From the IMG/VR virus record IMGVR_UViG_3300037470_000442, positions 1 to 43,374 of that record: a stretch of DNA of 43,374 bases; one strand, written 5' to 3'. Shown in pieces: positions 9,025 through 18,595 of this stretch. The number at the start of each line of letters is the position of its first letter. Position 1 is the stretch's first letter. The notes below the pieces were generated by a model that had not been told where the DNA came from, searched no databases, and saw only the letters and a list, made by a program, of their open reading frames with translations. The position numbers and the translations under genes were made by a program. The stretch is from a virus (Duplodnaviria > Caudoviricetes).

Positions 9025-9758
9025 TGGTCGACACGGTCCGGTCTCTCTCCGCCCTTCAAACTCTGCTAGCGGATAACACAGCTGGTGACATTTCGGCTCA
9101 GGATCACCGCGACCAGTTGATCTCCGAGTATTCACTATTACCCGACGCGCCTGCAGCGCTCGACGCCGAGGACTATTACTGGGACGGCACCCAGGTAGCC
9201 GACTTCACAGAGATCACCACTTCGGGATCTCAGACGATCACCGAGGTCGTGGGGAAAGTGTCGGCTTTGTTCTCTGGTCAGTCGACGCAGGACGCCAACG
9301 GCCTGCTTCAAGCCCGGACGTTTTCGATAGGCGATTCGTTCGCGGTCCCGATCCGGCTGATGACTCTCGACGCTAACGCCCGATGGGTTGGCGTTTGTTT
9401 CACCGATGGGGTGATAGGCACTTCCAATCTTGTAATGGCCGCCTACCAGCTCCACCTGACAGGTCCGAACTTGAGGATGGGGATACGGCACGGGACGATC
9501 ACGGCGGTCAACGCAGCCACCTTGACAACTGTCGGGTTTCTGGGTTCGACGCTCCCCTGGTTGTGGGTGCGACTCACCTACCAGGCCGACAACGAGTGGG
9601 CTTTCGATGCCTCTCCTGATGGGATCACCTGGTCGCCGTTCGGGGTTGCCGACGTGTCCAAGACGATGACCCCCACGCATTGGGGTCTGGTCTGGTCGTC
9701 TGAGGCTGCGGCGGGAGACAGCATCGTCACTTTCGGGCCGCTACTGAAACTGGCCTGA
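9024..9758 (+). CDS. Putative fibre/receptor-binding protein
   Basis: LADNTAGDISAQD.RD N-terminus; beta-rich C-terminus with WVRLT and SPDGITW (lectin-like). Confidence 0.6.
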   Translation: MVDTVRSLSALQTLLADNTAGDISAQDHRDQLISEYSLLPDAPAALDAEDYYWDGTQVADFTEITTSGSQTITEVVGKVSALFSGQSTQDANGLLQARTFSIGDSFAVPIRLMTLDANARWVGVCFTDGVIGTSNLVMAAYQLHLTGPNLRMGIRHGTITAVNAATLTTVGFLGSTLPWLWVRLTYQADNEWAFDASPDGITWSPFGVADVSKTMTPTHWGLVWSSEAAAGDSIVTFGPLLKLA

Positions 9759-9759
9759 C

Positions 9760-10311
9760 ATGGCCGGCGCCTACTCCTCGGCCTTCTCGTCGGCCTTCGA
9801 CATTGACGCAGCCGAAGAACATCAGGTGGCCGCAACGTTCAACACTGGCGGCGGCTTCACCGCAGTCCTAGTCCCCACCCATCCGGTTGTAGGAGTCCTG
9901 AACGGCGGCGGAGGACTCACCGGTGCAGTCTCCGGAGGGCATGCGGCAAGCCCAACCTTCAACACTGGAGGCGGATTAACCGGCGCTCTCACAGGAGGCC
10001 ATACGGCGGCAGCCACGGTGAACACTGGTGGAGGACTATCCGCCACAGTCACAGCAGCCCATGTCTTAGCAGTTGTCTTGAACGCTGGTGGCAGTATCAC
10101 CATCCTCCAATCCGCCGCACACGCTACGACAGCAGTATTCAACAGTGGCGGCCGGATCATCATCGTCCTCGGCCAACTCCTGTTCATCGTCTACCAGGAG
10201 GGCGGGATCACGGTCACTGACCTGTCAGGGAAAACGGCTGTGACCGCTGAAAGTTCACGTCTGACCCTGTCCGCCCTGTCCGGATCATTGAAAGTCGGGA
10301 GTTCCAGTTGA
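9760..10311 (+). CDS. Gly/Ala/Thr repeat structural protein
   Basis: Six ~19-aa repeats centred on (F/L/V)N(T/G/A/S)GG(G/S/R). Confidence 0.65.
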   Translation: MAGAYSSAFSSAFDIDAAEEHQVAATFNTGGGFTAVLVPTHPVVGVLNGGGGLTGAVSGGHAASPTFNTGGGLTGALTGGHTAAATVNTGGGLSATVTAAHVLAVVLNAGGSITILQSAAHATTAVFNSGGRIIIVLGQLLFIVYQEGGITVTDLSGKTAVTAESSRLTLSALSGSLKVGSSS

Positions 10312-11237
10312 GCCAGCTTCTCGCCAATGCAGGCCCCTACTCGATCACGAAAACGTGGTATGTCGACGGGACCGCCACTGATGTCGGAACCGTCACGGTC
10401 GGATTCGTAGACGGAAACGGGACGGCCGTGGTCGCTGCGGGGACCGCCACAACGAACAATGAGGACGGAACCTACACGTATTCACTGGCCGACCAGACCA
10501 ATCCGAAACAGTTGAAAGCCACTTGGATACGTTCGGACACGTCCGCCGAACTGGTCGACCGGATCGAAGTCGTCGGGAACTGGCTGTTCACCGAAGCACA
10601 AGCCCGCAGTTTCGGAGCGAAAGCCGACGCAACGTCAGCGTTGAAACCCCTCGCGTCCGCCACCGAATACCCCGACGAGGTCATCTCCGACGAACGCTCT
10701 CGGATTGTCGACGACCTCGAATATTGGACGGGCCGGGCGTGGATACCTCGCTACGCCCGCATCGTATTCTCGGGTAACGGGACTACTCGCCTGCAACTCC
10801 GTAAGGGAATCTGCCGGACCTCCGACGGGTACATGCTGAACCGGTCGGGAAGACTCAACGATGTAGCGGTCGTCCTGTCCGCGTCGATCAGCGGCACCGC
10901 AGTCACCCTGTCCAACGTTGAAATCGACCCGATCTCCGAAACTCTGATCCTCAAAACGGGTGTGTGGACTCATGCGACCGCGGCCAACCCGTACAACATA
11001 ACCGTCGAATACGTGTACGGATCTCCGTTCCTGATCGACGGTGTCGACCGTATCGCCTTGAAAATTCTGGTCGACCGGCTGGTCCCTTCCGCGTTCCCGG
11101 ACCGGGCGATCAGGGTTGAAGGCGAATACGGGACCACTCAGCTAGTCCAACCGGGCGGACCAATGAAGAACGTCTCGAGAGTCCCAGACGTGAATGATTG
11201 GGTGTCTCGTCACGATCACAGGGTCCTGGTCGGATGA
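10308..11237 (+). CDS. Head-to-tail adaptor
   Basis: LEYWTGRAW and NITVEYVYG motifs; extra N-terminal beta domain; synteny. Confidence 0.7.
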   Translation: MSQLLANAGPYSITKTWYVDGTATDVGTVTVGFVDGNGTAVVAAGTATTNNEDGTYTYSLADQTNPKQLKATWIRSDTSAELVDRIEVVGNWLFTEAQARSFGAKADATSALKPLASATEYPDEVISDERSRIVDDLEYWTGRAWIPRYARIVFSGNGTTRLQLRKGICRTSDGYMLNRSGRLNDVAVVLSASISGTAVTLSNVEIDPISETLILKTGVWTHATAANPYNITVEYVYGSPFLIDGVDRIALKILVDRLVPSAFPDRAIRVEGEYGTTQLVQPGGPMKNVSRVPDVNDWVSRHDHRVLVG

Positions 11238-11683
11238 GCTCCAAGTTTCAGGATGTCCGCACGGCTCTCGTCTCCCTGATCAACGCTCGTCTCACAGCCC
11301 AGTCGATTACTGGGGTGATGGTCACGGATTTCCCTCCGTTGGGTGAAGTGTCGTTCGACGACCGGATCTACCTGGGACGGATACGTGTCGACCAGGAACC
11401 GTTAGGGATGGGCGGCGCTAACCGGCTGGTCGACGAGGACATGACAGTGGAACTGTTCGTGGTGGCGTCGAAACCGGGCGGCGACAACGACGATATGAAA
11501 GCCTGCGAGGAGCGAGCCGAAACGATTTTCTCGGCGGTGGAGAACGGACTGCGAGCGTCGTCGTCGGTGTCTTCCACGGTCATGTTCGCCGAAGTAGCAG
11601 CTTTCGAATCGGTCCCGTTCGCTTCTGATGGTCGGGTTGGTGTGGTCATCGAAGCGACCGTCACTGCCACTGCCAACGTTTAG
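11234..11683 (+). CDS. Tail terminator/completion protein
   Basis: Size, position before tail tube, ATGA coupling. Confidence 0.6.
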   Translation: MSSKFQDVRTALVSLINARLTAQSITGVMVTDFPPLGEVSFDDRIYLGRIRVDQEPLGMGGANRLVDEDMTVELFVVASKPGGDNDDMKACEERAETIFSAVENGLRASSSVSSTVMFAEVAAFESVPFASDGRVGVVIEATVTATANV

Positions 11684-11692
11684 GAGACTCCC

Positions 11693-11854
11693 GTGACTTT
11701 CGAAGAGAAGAAACCTCGTTACCGCGCCCTGGTAGGCGTCGACCTAAAAGACGGCGACACCGAATACCGGGTGGAGTCTGGCTTGCTGATACCTGTCCGG
11801 TTCAACGATCAGCTGCCTGAAACTTGGTTCGGTCGGAAAGTAGAGGAGGCATAA
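11693..11854 (+). CDS. Small hypothetical protein (53 aa, not in ORF track)
   Basis: AGGAG RBS; GTG start; MTFEEKKPRYRALVG...KVEEA. Confidence 0.6.
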   Translation: MTFEEKKPRYRALVGVDLKDGDTEYRVESGLLIPVRFNDQLPETWFGRKVEEA

Positions 11855-12568
11855 ATGGCCGTTCACGGTTCTAAAGGTTCGGTCCTTCTCGACGAGTTCG
11901 ACGTATCCCAGTATTTCACTCAGGCGTCAGTCGTGAAACAGGCGCAGACGGTGAACGTGACCACGTTCGGCAACGACGACAAACTCTATATCGCCGGACA
12001 AGGGTCAGGGTCGCTGTCGTTGAACGGGGTTTGGGACGGTGAAGCGGGAGCGGTCGACTCCACTCTCGAGGCAGCCCTCGGTACGGACTCGATCATCACT
12101 GTCGGTATCGGCGGGTCCGCCACGCTGGGAGGTCCGGCGATTCTCCTCCAAGCGTTGAACACCGGCTATCAGATCCGACCGACCGTCAACGATGCTGTCC
12201 GGATTACTGCCGGTGCAACGGCGAACGGTGGGGTGCGGGTTGCCGGCGTGTTCCTCCAACCGCTCGAAGCTGAGACGACCACGTTCAACGGAACATCCGT
12301 GGACAATGGTGCGTCGAGCGCCTTCGGTGGGGTCGGTCATGTTCATGTGACCGCCTTTTCGGGGAATACGGCCACGGTGAAAATTCAGGATTCGGCCAAC
12401 GATGCCGACTGGGCGGATCTGATCACCTTCACCGAGATCGCCGGGGTCGGCTCGGAACGATTGTCCGTGTCCGGCCAGATCGACCAATACCTTCGTTTTG
12501 CTGTGACGGCTGACGATTTTACCAGCATGACGATCTCTTGCAGTTTCGCTCGCAACAGGCGGGCCTAA
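11855..12568 (+). CDS. Tail tube-like protein with C-terminal extra domain
   Basis: MAVHGS, VTTFGNDDKLYIAG, LNGVWD motifs. Confidence 0.75.
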   Translation: MAVHGSKGSVLLDEFDVSQYFTQASVVKQAQTVNVTTFGNDDKLYIAGQGSGSLSLNGVWDGEAGAVDSTLEAALGTDSIITVGIGGSATLGGPAILLQALNTGYQIRPTVNDAVRITAGATANGGVRVAGVFLQPLEAETTTFNGTSVDNGASSAFGGVGHVHVTAFSGNTATVKIQDSANDADWADLITFTEIAGVGSERLSVSGQIDQYLRFAVTADDFTSMTISCSFARNRRA

Positions 12569-12592
12569 ACCCTCTATTGAAAGGAGCAGTCA

Positions 12593-12991
12593 ATGGCTGC
12601 TGTCCATGGTTCCAACGCGTACGTGTCGATCGACGCGGACGACGTTTCTGTCTATTTGGATTCGGCGACACTCGACAAGATGGTCGAAACCGCCGAGGTG
12701 ACCGCTTTCGGCGACGACGACAAAGAGTACATTCCCGGACTCCGCGACTCCACCATATCTGGTGGTGGACATTGGGATGCGACCGGCGACGGGTTCGTAG
12801 CCGACTGGGATGATGGTGCTGTTGTCGAAGTGATTGTCGGTCCTGCCGGATCGGCGTCCGGGATGGTCTCCTACACGTTCAACGCGATCCTCACCTCCTA
12901 CAACATTGACATGCCTGTCGGTGGCCGGGTCGGCTTTTCAATCTCGTTGCAGCGGTCCGGTGCGACATCTCGGAGCACGTTCAGCTCGTAA
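12593..12991 (+). CDS. Major tail (tube) protein
   Basis: AAAGGAG RBS; MAAVHGS, VTAFGDDDKEYIPGL, GGHWD motifs. Confidence 0.8.
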   Translation: MAAVHGSNAYVSIDADDVSVYLDSATLDKMVETAEVTAFGDDDKEYIPGLRDSTISGGGHWDATGDGFVADWDDGAVVEVIVGPAGSASGMVSYTFNAILTSYNIDMPVGGRVGFSISLQRSGATSRSTFSS

Positions 12992-13449
12992 TGGCTGAAA
13001 CTCAGGTTGTCATCAGGGGCCTTGACGAACTCCGCAGGGAGCTACGTCGTATAGACCCGCGACTGGCGAAAACCTTACAGGTCGCGAACAAGCGGGTGTC
13101 GGAACGGGTCGTATCTAAGGCCCGTCCCGCCATTCAAGGTCTTCGGTCGCCTGGCGGTTCTCGAGCTCAGTCGGGTTTGCGGGCTCGTGCTTCTCAGACG
13201 AAGGCGACGGTCGTCTTGTTGGGGTCTAATCCGACGATCCGTGCGAACGTGTTCGGCACTCTGTCTCATAAGGTGTTCGGCCGGAACGTGTCCGGGCATG
13301 GCCCGTTCCTTCCGTGGCTGGGCGACTCGTGGCAGCCGGAACAATTGTACGGGTTGGGGCCTGCGTTGACCGAAGTGGTCGACGGTTTCGCTCTTGACGA
13401 GTATGCGGATAGTTGGATGAACGCGTTGTCGGCTGCCTTTCCTGACTGA
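12991..13449 (+). CDS. HK97 gp10-like tail component
   Basis: VVIRGLDELRRELRR N-terminus; PFLP near C-terminus. Confidence 0.65.
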   Translation: MAETQVVIRGLDELRRELRRIDPRLAKTLQVANKRVSERVVSKARPAIQGLRSPGGSRAQSGLRARASQTKATVVLLGSNPTIRANVFGTLSHKVFGRNVSGHGPFLPWLGDSWQPEQLYGLGPALTEVVDGFALDEYADSWMNALSAAFPD

Positions 13450-13462
13450 AGGGAGTCTCGCT

Positions 13463-14062
13463 GTGATTTGTGAGCCTCCAATCAAGAGGGGTCTACGTCG
13501 CGGACAATCTGGTACAGGAACTCACGCAGGATGGTTGAGACATCGTAGGGCGGGCGAACCACCCTGCGATGCTTGTCGTCAAGCCGTGAATGCCTATAAC
13601 CGGGAGTGGGCGACCCGAAACCCCGGACGGAAGGCAATCTACAGCCGCGCTTGGTACGAGAAGGATCGCGACAACCACTCTCGGCGAGCTCGAGAGTGGA
13701 AGCGAGCCAATCCGGACAAGGTAGCCGAGCAGAATCGTCGTTGGCGGGTAGAGAACGCTGCTTGGGAAAGAGAGCGTGGTCGCATATGGCGCGCACAGAA
13801 CCCAGACAAGGTTGCAGAGGCAGCACGTCGACGGCGAGCCAGACAACGAGTCGCACTTCAAGTGCCCTTTAGCGCGGAGCAGTTACGTGCCCGGATGGCC
13901 TTCTGGGGCGACCGCTGTTGGATGTGTGCGGGCGATGCCGACACGGTGGACCACGTGATTCCGCTCTCTCTTGGCGGCCCCCACTGTCTGAGCAATCTGC
14001 GACCGGCGTGCCGTAGTTGCAATTCTTCTAAAGGCGCGAAGCCACTAGCGCAAGTCGGTTAG
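13463..14062 (+). CDS. HNH endonuclease, paralog 1 of 4
   Basis: CWMC..DHVIPLSLGG.H..SNLRPACRSCN..KG; N-terminal RH.RAGEPPC..C. Confidence 0.9.
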   Translation: MICEPPIKRGLRRGQSGTGTHAGWLRHRRAGEPPCDACRQAVNAYNREWATRNPGRKAIYSRAWYEKDRDNHSRRAREWKRANPDKVAEQNRRWRVENAAWERERGRIWRAQNPDKVAEAARRRRARQRVALQVPFSAEQLRARMAFWGDRCWMCAGDADTVDHVIPLSLGGPHCLSNLRPACRSCNSSKGAKPLAQVG

Positions 14063-14253
14063 CCGCCGCTTTTCCTGACTGACCTGGCCGCCTCTAAGAG
14101 TTCCTGATGCCGTTTCTCTCTGGTCTTTGACACTGACCAGACGGTGAACAGTAGGGCGACGGTGAGGATGACCAGTCCGACTGTCGGAGATACGAACAGG
14201 ACGAGGATTCCAATCACCCAGCTGATCCCGCCGATTGTTCTTACCAGTTCCAT
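14059..14253 (-). CDS. Small two-TM membrane protein (moron-like)
   Basis: Antisense ORF with hydrophobic helices and basic tail; own promoter. Confidence 0.7.
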   Translation of the reverse strand: MELVRTIGGISWVIGILVLFVSPTVGLVILTVALLFTVWSVSKTREKRHQELLEAARSVRKSGG

Positions 14254-14259
14254 TCCCCG

Positions 14260-14288
14260 GTTGTATCGGACGGCCGGGGTTCTGTCTA
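14260..14288 (-). promoter_or_regulatory. SigA-like promoter, leaderless
   Basis: TAGACA-17-TACAAC then 6 nt to ATG14253. Confidence 0.5.
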
Positions 14289-14303
14289 TAGGGGGTTCCA
14301 CTC

Positions 14304-14519
14304 ATGAGCGTGCCTGAAGGTATTTACGCGCGTATCCCTCTGGGTGAAGTCACTCTGGCGGAGGCGGTCAACGTGGTCGAAGACCCTTTCTTCTGGTATG
14401 ACACGATGCCGCCTGTCCTCTTCCACTTTTCCATTGCTGACTATTGGGGTTTGACGGTGGGAGACCATCGGCGTCTGGTCGACTTTCTGATCGGTCGAGG
14501 GCTGGTCGATGGCGACTGA
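14304..14519 (+). CDS. Hypothetical protein at tail assembly chaperone position
   Basis: 71-aa ORF before TMP; YWGLTV motif. Confidence 0.55.
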   Translation: MSVPEGIYARIPLGEVTLAEAVNVVEDPFFWYDTMPPVLFHFSIADYWGLTVGDHRRLVDFLIGRGLVDGD

Positions 14520-15207
14520 CGCGATCTGTGCACGCCCAGCTAAGACCGGCAGGAACGCCGGGCAGCCCGCTACCGGGACGCCAGGCGGATATGCGAGACA
14601 CTATCGCGCTGGTGAGCCAGCCTGCTCGGCGTGTCTTGCTGCGCACAATGCGCAGAGTCTGGCTTGGGTTGAGGCTAACCCCGAGAAGCGATCCGAAATC
14701 GAGCGTCGGTGGTATGAGAAGCACCGGGAGCAGGCGCTCACTTGTGCGTTGCGTTTTCGCGAGGCCAACCCGCATTATCAAAAGCAGTGGTACAAGGACA
14801 ACAGAGAACGGAAACAGGCCGTATCTCGAGAGTGGGTCCGAGCCAATCGGGATCAGGTTCTGGAGTACCAGCGCCAGTGGCGCAAGGACAACCCGGATTT
14901 GGTTGCCGAGACGTACAGGAGGTGGCGGCAGGGCAATCCTGAGAAGGTTGCCGAGTTTGCCCGTCGGAGACGTGCCCGAGTTCACGCGGCATCCATAGTC
15001 CCCTTCACCGCAGAGCAGCTCAACCAGCGGATGGCCTACTGGGGTTTCAAGTGTTGGATGTGCAGCGGGCCGTTCGAAGCTGTCGACCACGTGAAGCCTC
15101 TTGCGAAGGGCGGTCCGCACGTGCTTGCAAATCTGCGTCCGGCATGTAACCCCTGCAACCGGCGCAAGTCGGCCCGCTGGGACGGCGTGGAAGGTTTGGC
15201 CTCCTGA
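14509..15207 (+). CDS. HNH endonuclease, paralog 2 of 4
   Basis: CWMC..DHVKPLAKGGPH.LANLRPAC..CN. Confidence 0.9.
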   Translation: MATDAICARPAKTGRNAGQPATGTPGGYARHYRAGEPACSACLAAHNAQSLAWVEANPEKRSEIERRWYEKHREQALTCALRFREANPHYQKQWYKDNRERKQAVSREWVRANRDQVLEYQRQWRKDNPDLVAETYRRWRQGNPEKVAEFARRRRARVHAASIVPFTAEQLNQRMAYWGFKCWMCSGPFEAVDHVKPLAKGGPHVLANLRPACNPCNRRKSARWDGVEGLAS

Positions 15208-17057
15208 TGGCTACTTCTCGTAAGAGAAATTTGGAGATCGATGTCGTCGTAGACGACAAGCGGGCGAAAGCCGCATTGAAGGGTGTCGCTGACGAAACCG
15301 GGAAGACCGGTAAAGCGTTTTCGAAGATGGCGGGGGTGCTGGCCGGCGCGTTCGCCGCCACGAAGATTGTCGACTTCGCTAAGGATTCGATCGGGGCTTT
15401 CTCCGATCTGAACGAGTCGATGAACGCTGTCGAAGTGACGTTCGGCGACGCGTCAGACGAGGTGAAACAGCTCGGTAAAGATGCCGCTACGTCGGTCGGT
15501 CTTTCCAACGCCGAATTCAACACTCTGGCCGTGCAAATGTCAGCGTTCGCTCAGACCATCGCCGGGGATTCCGGTGATGTGGCCGGAACGATCGACATTC
15601 TGACGACACGGGTCGCTGACTTTGCGTCGGTGATGAACCTGGATGTGGCTGAGGCGGCACGCTTGTTCCAGTCTGGTCTTGCTGGTGAGACGGAACCGCT
15701 CCGCAAGTTCGGTCTCGACCTGTCCGCTGCTGCGGTTACAGCGAACGCTGTGGCGAAGGGGATCGGGGATTCATCCGGGAAGTTGACGGAGCAGGAGAAG
15801 GTCCTGTCCCGCTACGACCTGTTGATGGATTCCACGAACAAGACCGCAGGCGACTTCGTAAACACGTCTGACGAGCTGGCGAACAAGATGCGGATTGTCG
15901 CAGCAGAAACCGAGAATGCGAAAGCTCAGATCGGCGAGGCGTTCGCTCCGGTCATGGAAGCGGCCGTCCCGATTATCGGTGCGGCGGCGGAGAGCGCCGG
16001 AATACTGGCCACCATGTTCTTGCAGGCGACCGACCAGATCAGCAAAACGGAAGGACAGATCCGGATATTCGAAACGGCGACCGGTGAGACAGCTGACACT
16101 GGTGCGGCGCTGTTGACGCTCGTGAAAGATCTTGACGGAGACATGGCGGAACTGGTCCGGACGCTTCCGCTTGGGACCGACGAACTCCAGAAGCTCCGCG
16201 ACGCCGACGACGAGTTTCTCAAGTCTCTCGGGTTCACTCAGGACGAGATCAACGAGTTGAACCGGCTGCTCGAGGGGGAACTGGTCGCGGCTGCACAGTC
16301 GGCCCGAGACCGGGGTATCCATTCGGTGAAGAAGGCGACGGACGAGCTTGCTGGTGCGGCGGGGGATGCTGCGGGCGAACTGGACAATCTGGCTTCCGAA
16401 CTCCTGGAAATGGTCGACCCGGCGTTCAAGGCTGCGCGGGCTCAGGATGCTGCCCGTGATGCCCATGCGACGATGACGGCTGCGGTGGCTGAGTTCGGTC
16501 CGAAATCGTTGGAGGCCCGTCAGGCGATCGCCGACTACGCGCAGAAAGCGTTGGAGGCGAAAGCGGCGCAGGATCAATTGGCGGAGAACGGTCCGACCCT
16601 GGAGGCGTTGGAGGAGATCGCTGGAGAGTTGGGGTTGACTTCGGATCAGGCCGCCATCCTGGATTCGTGGCTGCGGGGTTTGTCGAATGTTCCACTGTTC
16701 ACTGCGAAGCAGATTGAGAACATTCGGAAGACGAAAGAGGAGATCGAAAAGTTCAATGCGGTTCGGTCTTCGGGCGGTGGCGGAGGGTCTGGCGGTTCAG
16801 CGCGTCCGGTGGATGAGCGTGCGAGTGGTGGTCCTGTCCGGTCGGGTGAAACGTACTTGGTCGGTGAGAAGGGTCCAGAACTTTTGCATATGGGTTCGTC
16901 GGGGCATGTCACTCCGAACGATAAGCTGATGGCTGACGGTGGGGGGGGTCTTACGGTCGTCATTCAAGGGTTCGTTGGTAGTCCAGCTCAAATAGCTCAG
17001 GAGCTCGACCGGCTTTTGACGAACCGGAAACGCCAGTCGGGACTGTCGTTCCTATGA
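15207..17057 (+). CDS. Tape measure protein
   Basis: Ala-rich helical; SGLAGETEPLRKFG; C-terminal RASGGPV..G..YLVGEKGPEL. Confidence 0.93.
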   Translation: MATSRKRNLEIDVVVDDKRAKAALKGVADETGKTGKAFSKMAGVLAGAFAATKIVDFAKDSIGAFSDLNESMNAVEVTFGDASDEVKQLGKDAATSVGLSNAEFNTLAVQMSAFAQTIAGDSGDVAGTIDILTTRVADFASVMNLDVAEAARLFQSGLAGETEPLRKFGLDLSAAAVTANAVAKGIGDSSGKLTEQEKVLSRYDLLMDSTNKTAGDFVNTSDELANKMRIVAAETENAKAQIGEAFAPVMEAAVPIIGAAAESAGILATMFLQATDQISKTEGQIRIFETATGETADTGAALLTLVKDLDGDMAELVRTLPLGTDELQKLRDADDEFLKSLGFTQDEINELNRLLEGELVAAAQSARDRGIHSVKKATDELAGAAGDAAGELDNLASELLEMVDPAFKAARAQDAARDAHATMTAAVAEFGPKSLEARQAIADYAQKALEAKAAQDQLAENGPTLEALEEIAGELGLTSDQAAILDSWLRGLSNVPLFTAKQIENIRKTKEEIEKFNAVRSSGGGGGSGGSARPVDERASGGPVRSGETYLVGEKGPELLHMGSSGHVTPNDKLMADGGGGLTVVIQGFVGSPAQIAQELDRLLTNRKRQSGLSFL

Positions 17058-18226
17058 CTTGGACTGCTGATGTGACTCTCACGGTCGAACTCGGATTCGG
17101 TTCGGGACCTCTCGCTGATAGCCCATCCTGGACGGACATCACCTCTGATGTTCGGGGCTTGTCTATCAGCCGAGGCCGGTCGTCGGTCCGGGCGACCTTC
17201 GATGCTGGTTCCTGCACTATCACAGTGTCGAATCTTGACGGCGAATACGACCCGGCGAACACGGCCGCAGCGAACTATCCGAACCTGAAACTCGGAACTC
17301 CCGTCCGGATTCAAGCCGTATACGATTCGACGACCTTCGACTTGTTCCGCGGGCATGTGTCGTCCTGGCCGCTCGACTATCCATCATCCGGCAAGGACGC
17401 TGTAGTCACTCTCGAAGCGTCCGAAAACCTGGCCCTCCTGAACACGACGTTTCTGTCCGAATCGTACACGGAGGAGTACACGGACGACCGGATCGCCGCG
17501 GTGCTCACTGATGCAGATTGGCCGGCCGCCGACCGTGACCTCGACGCGGGAACGTCTCCGGTTGCTGCTGTCGTGTATGAGGGGTCTGCTCTCGACCAGA
17601 TTCTCACTGCTATCGCAGCCGAGCAGGGGGTGTTCTTCATTGCTAAGGACGGTGACGCCACGTTCCTGAACCGGACTGCGTTTTCGACTGCCACGTCGCA
17701 GGCGACTTTCGATCCTGGCACCGACCTGGACTATTCGACGGTCCGTCTCGCATACGACACTGATCTTCTGATCAACCATGCGGTCGTGACCGCCGGCAAC
17801 GACGAGACGGGCGAAGCGTCCGACGCAACGTCGATTGCTGACCATGGAGAGTTTTCGCATGAGGAGACGATCGACCTGCTTCTCGGCGAAGCGTACGCGT
17901 TGAACGTGGCCGAATGGATTGTCGGGAGGAACAAGGACATGGCTGTACGGGTGGTCGGATTTTCGATCAGCCCGCAGGAAGATCCGACCTCGCTCTGGCC
18001 GGAAGTTCTAGACCGGGAACTGCTCGATCTGGTAACGGTGAAGGTTGCCACTCCTGGCGCTGGGGATGATCTGAACCAGTTGGTATCCGTGGAAAGCGTC
18101 CAACATGATGTCACTCCCGGCTTCTGGCAGACGACCTACTCGTGTCATCCGCTGTCGGCTTTGGAGCAGACCGACTTTTGGATTCTGGGCACGTCCGAAC
18201 TTGGAACGGAGACGATCCTCGCATGA
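17054..18226 (+). CDS. Minor tail protein (tail tip/hub)
   Basis: WTDITSDVR..SISRGR, AGSCTITVSN.DG motifs; follows TMP. Confidence 0.8.
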   Translation: MTWTADVTLTVELGFGSGPLADSPSWTDITSDVRGLSISRGRSSVRATFDAGSCTITVSNLDGEYDPANTAAANYPNLKLGTPVRIQAVYDSTTFDLFRGHVSSWPLDYPSSGKDAVVTLEASENLALLNTTFLSESYTEEYTDDRIAAVLTDADWPAADRDLDAGTSPVAAVVYEGSALDQILTAIAAEQGVFFIAKDGDATFLNRTAFSTATSQATFDPGTDLDYSTVRLAYDTDLLINHAVVTAGNDETGEASDATSIADHGEFSHEETIDLLLGEAYALNVAEWIVGRNKDMAVRVVGFSISPQEDPTSLWPEVLDRELLDLVTVKVATPGAGDDLNQLVSVESVQHDVTPGFWQTTYSCHPLSALEQTDFWILGTSELGTETILA

Positions 18227-18534
18227 GCTACGCCTTTGTAAATCATGGACGGTGGGTCGCCCACTGTGAAACGGACGGGTGCTCGGGCGCGGAACGAGTG
18301 TGGCCAGGTGGCCAGGTTCGAGAAAAGGACGGCCGAAAGTTCGGAGTGTCCCGCGGCGGGGTGCTTCATTGTGGGAATTGTGGGCAGACCTCACGGGTGG
18401 TGTTTCCTGATGACCGCTCTCGGATCACTCGGATTCTTAACCGGCGGCCTGTTCCAGAGACTCGCAATTGGATGCCGGGCGAACCGACCGCCCTGCTAGC
18501 AGAGGAGAACAAGGCGCATGGTCTGGACAACTGA
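18223..18534 (+). CDS. Cys-rich tail-associated protein
   Basis: VNHGRWVAHC, CGNC, RPVPETRNW.PGE motifs. Confidence 0.75.
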   Translation: MSYAFVNHGRWVAHCETDGCSGAERVWPGGQVREKDGRKFGVSRGGVLHCGNCGQTSRVVFPDDRSRITRILNRRPVPETRNWMPGEPTALLAEENKAHGLDN

Positions 18535-18595
18535 AGTGGTGACTGCCGCCGACCTGAACGTTTACCTGGCTTCGGCACTTGCGGAGGAGGAGTAA
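18518..18595 (+). pseudogene. 25-aa remnant resembling N-terminus of the downstream tail protein
   Basis: MVWTTEVVTAADLN vs MAWTAP..TWVTAEVVTAALLN at 19151. Confidence 0.6.

Noticed and set aside
12991-14519. Programmed -1 frameshift tail assembly chaperone pair
   Set aside because: No slippery heptamer with an overlapping ORF pair that I can support
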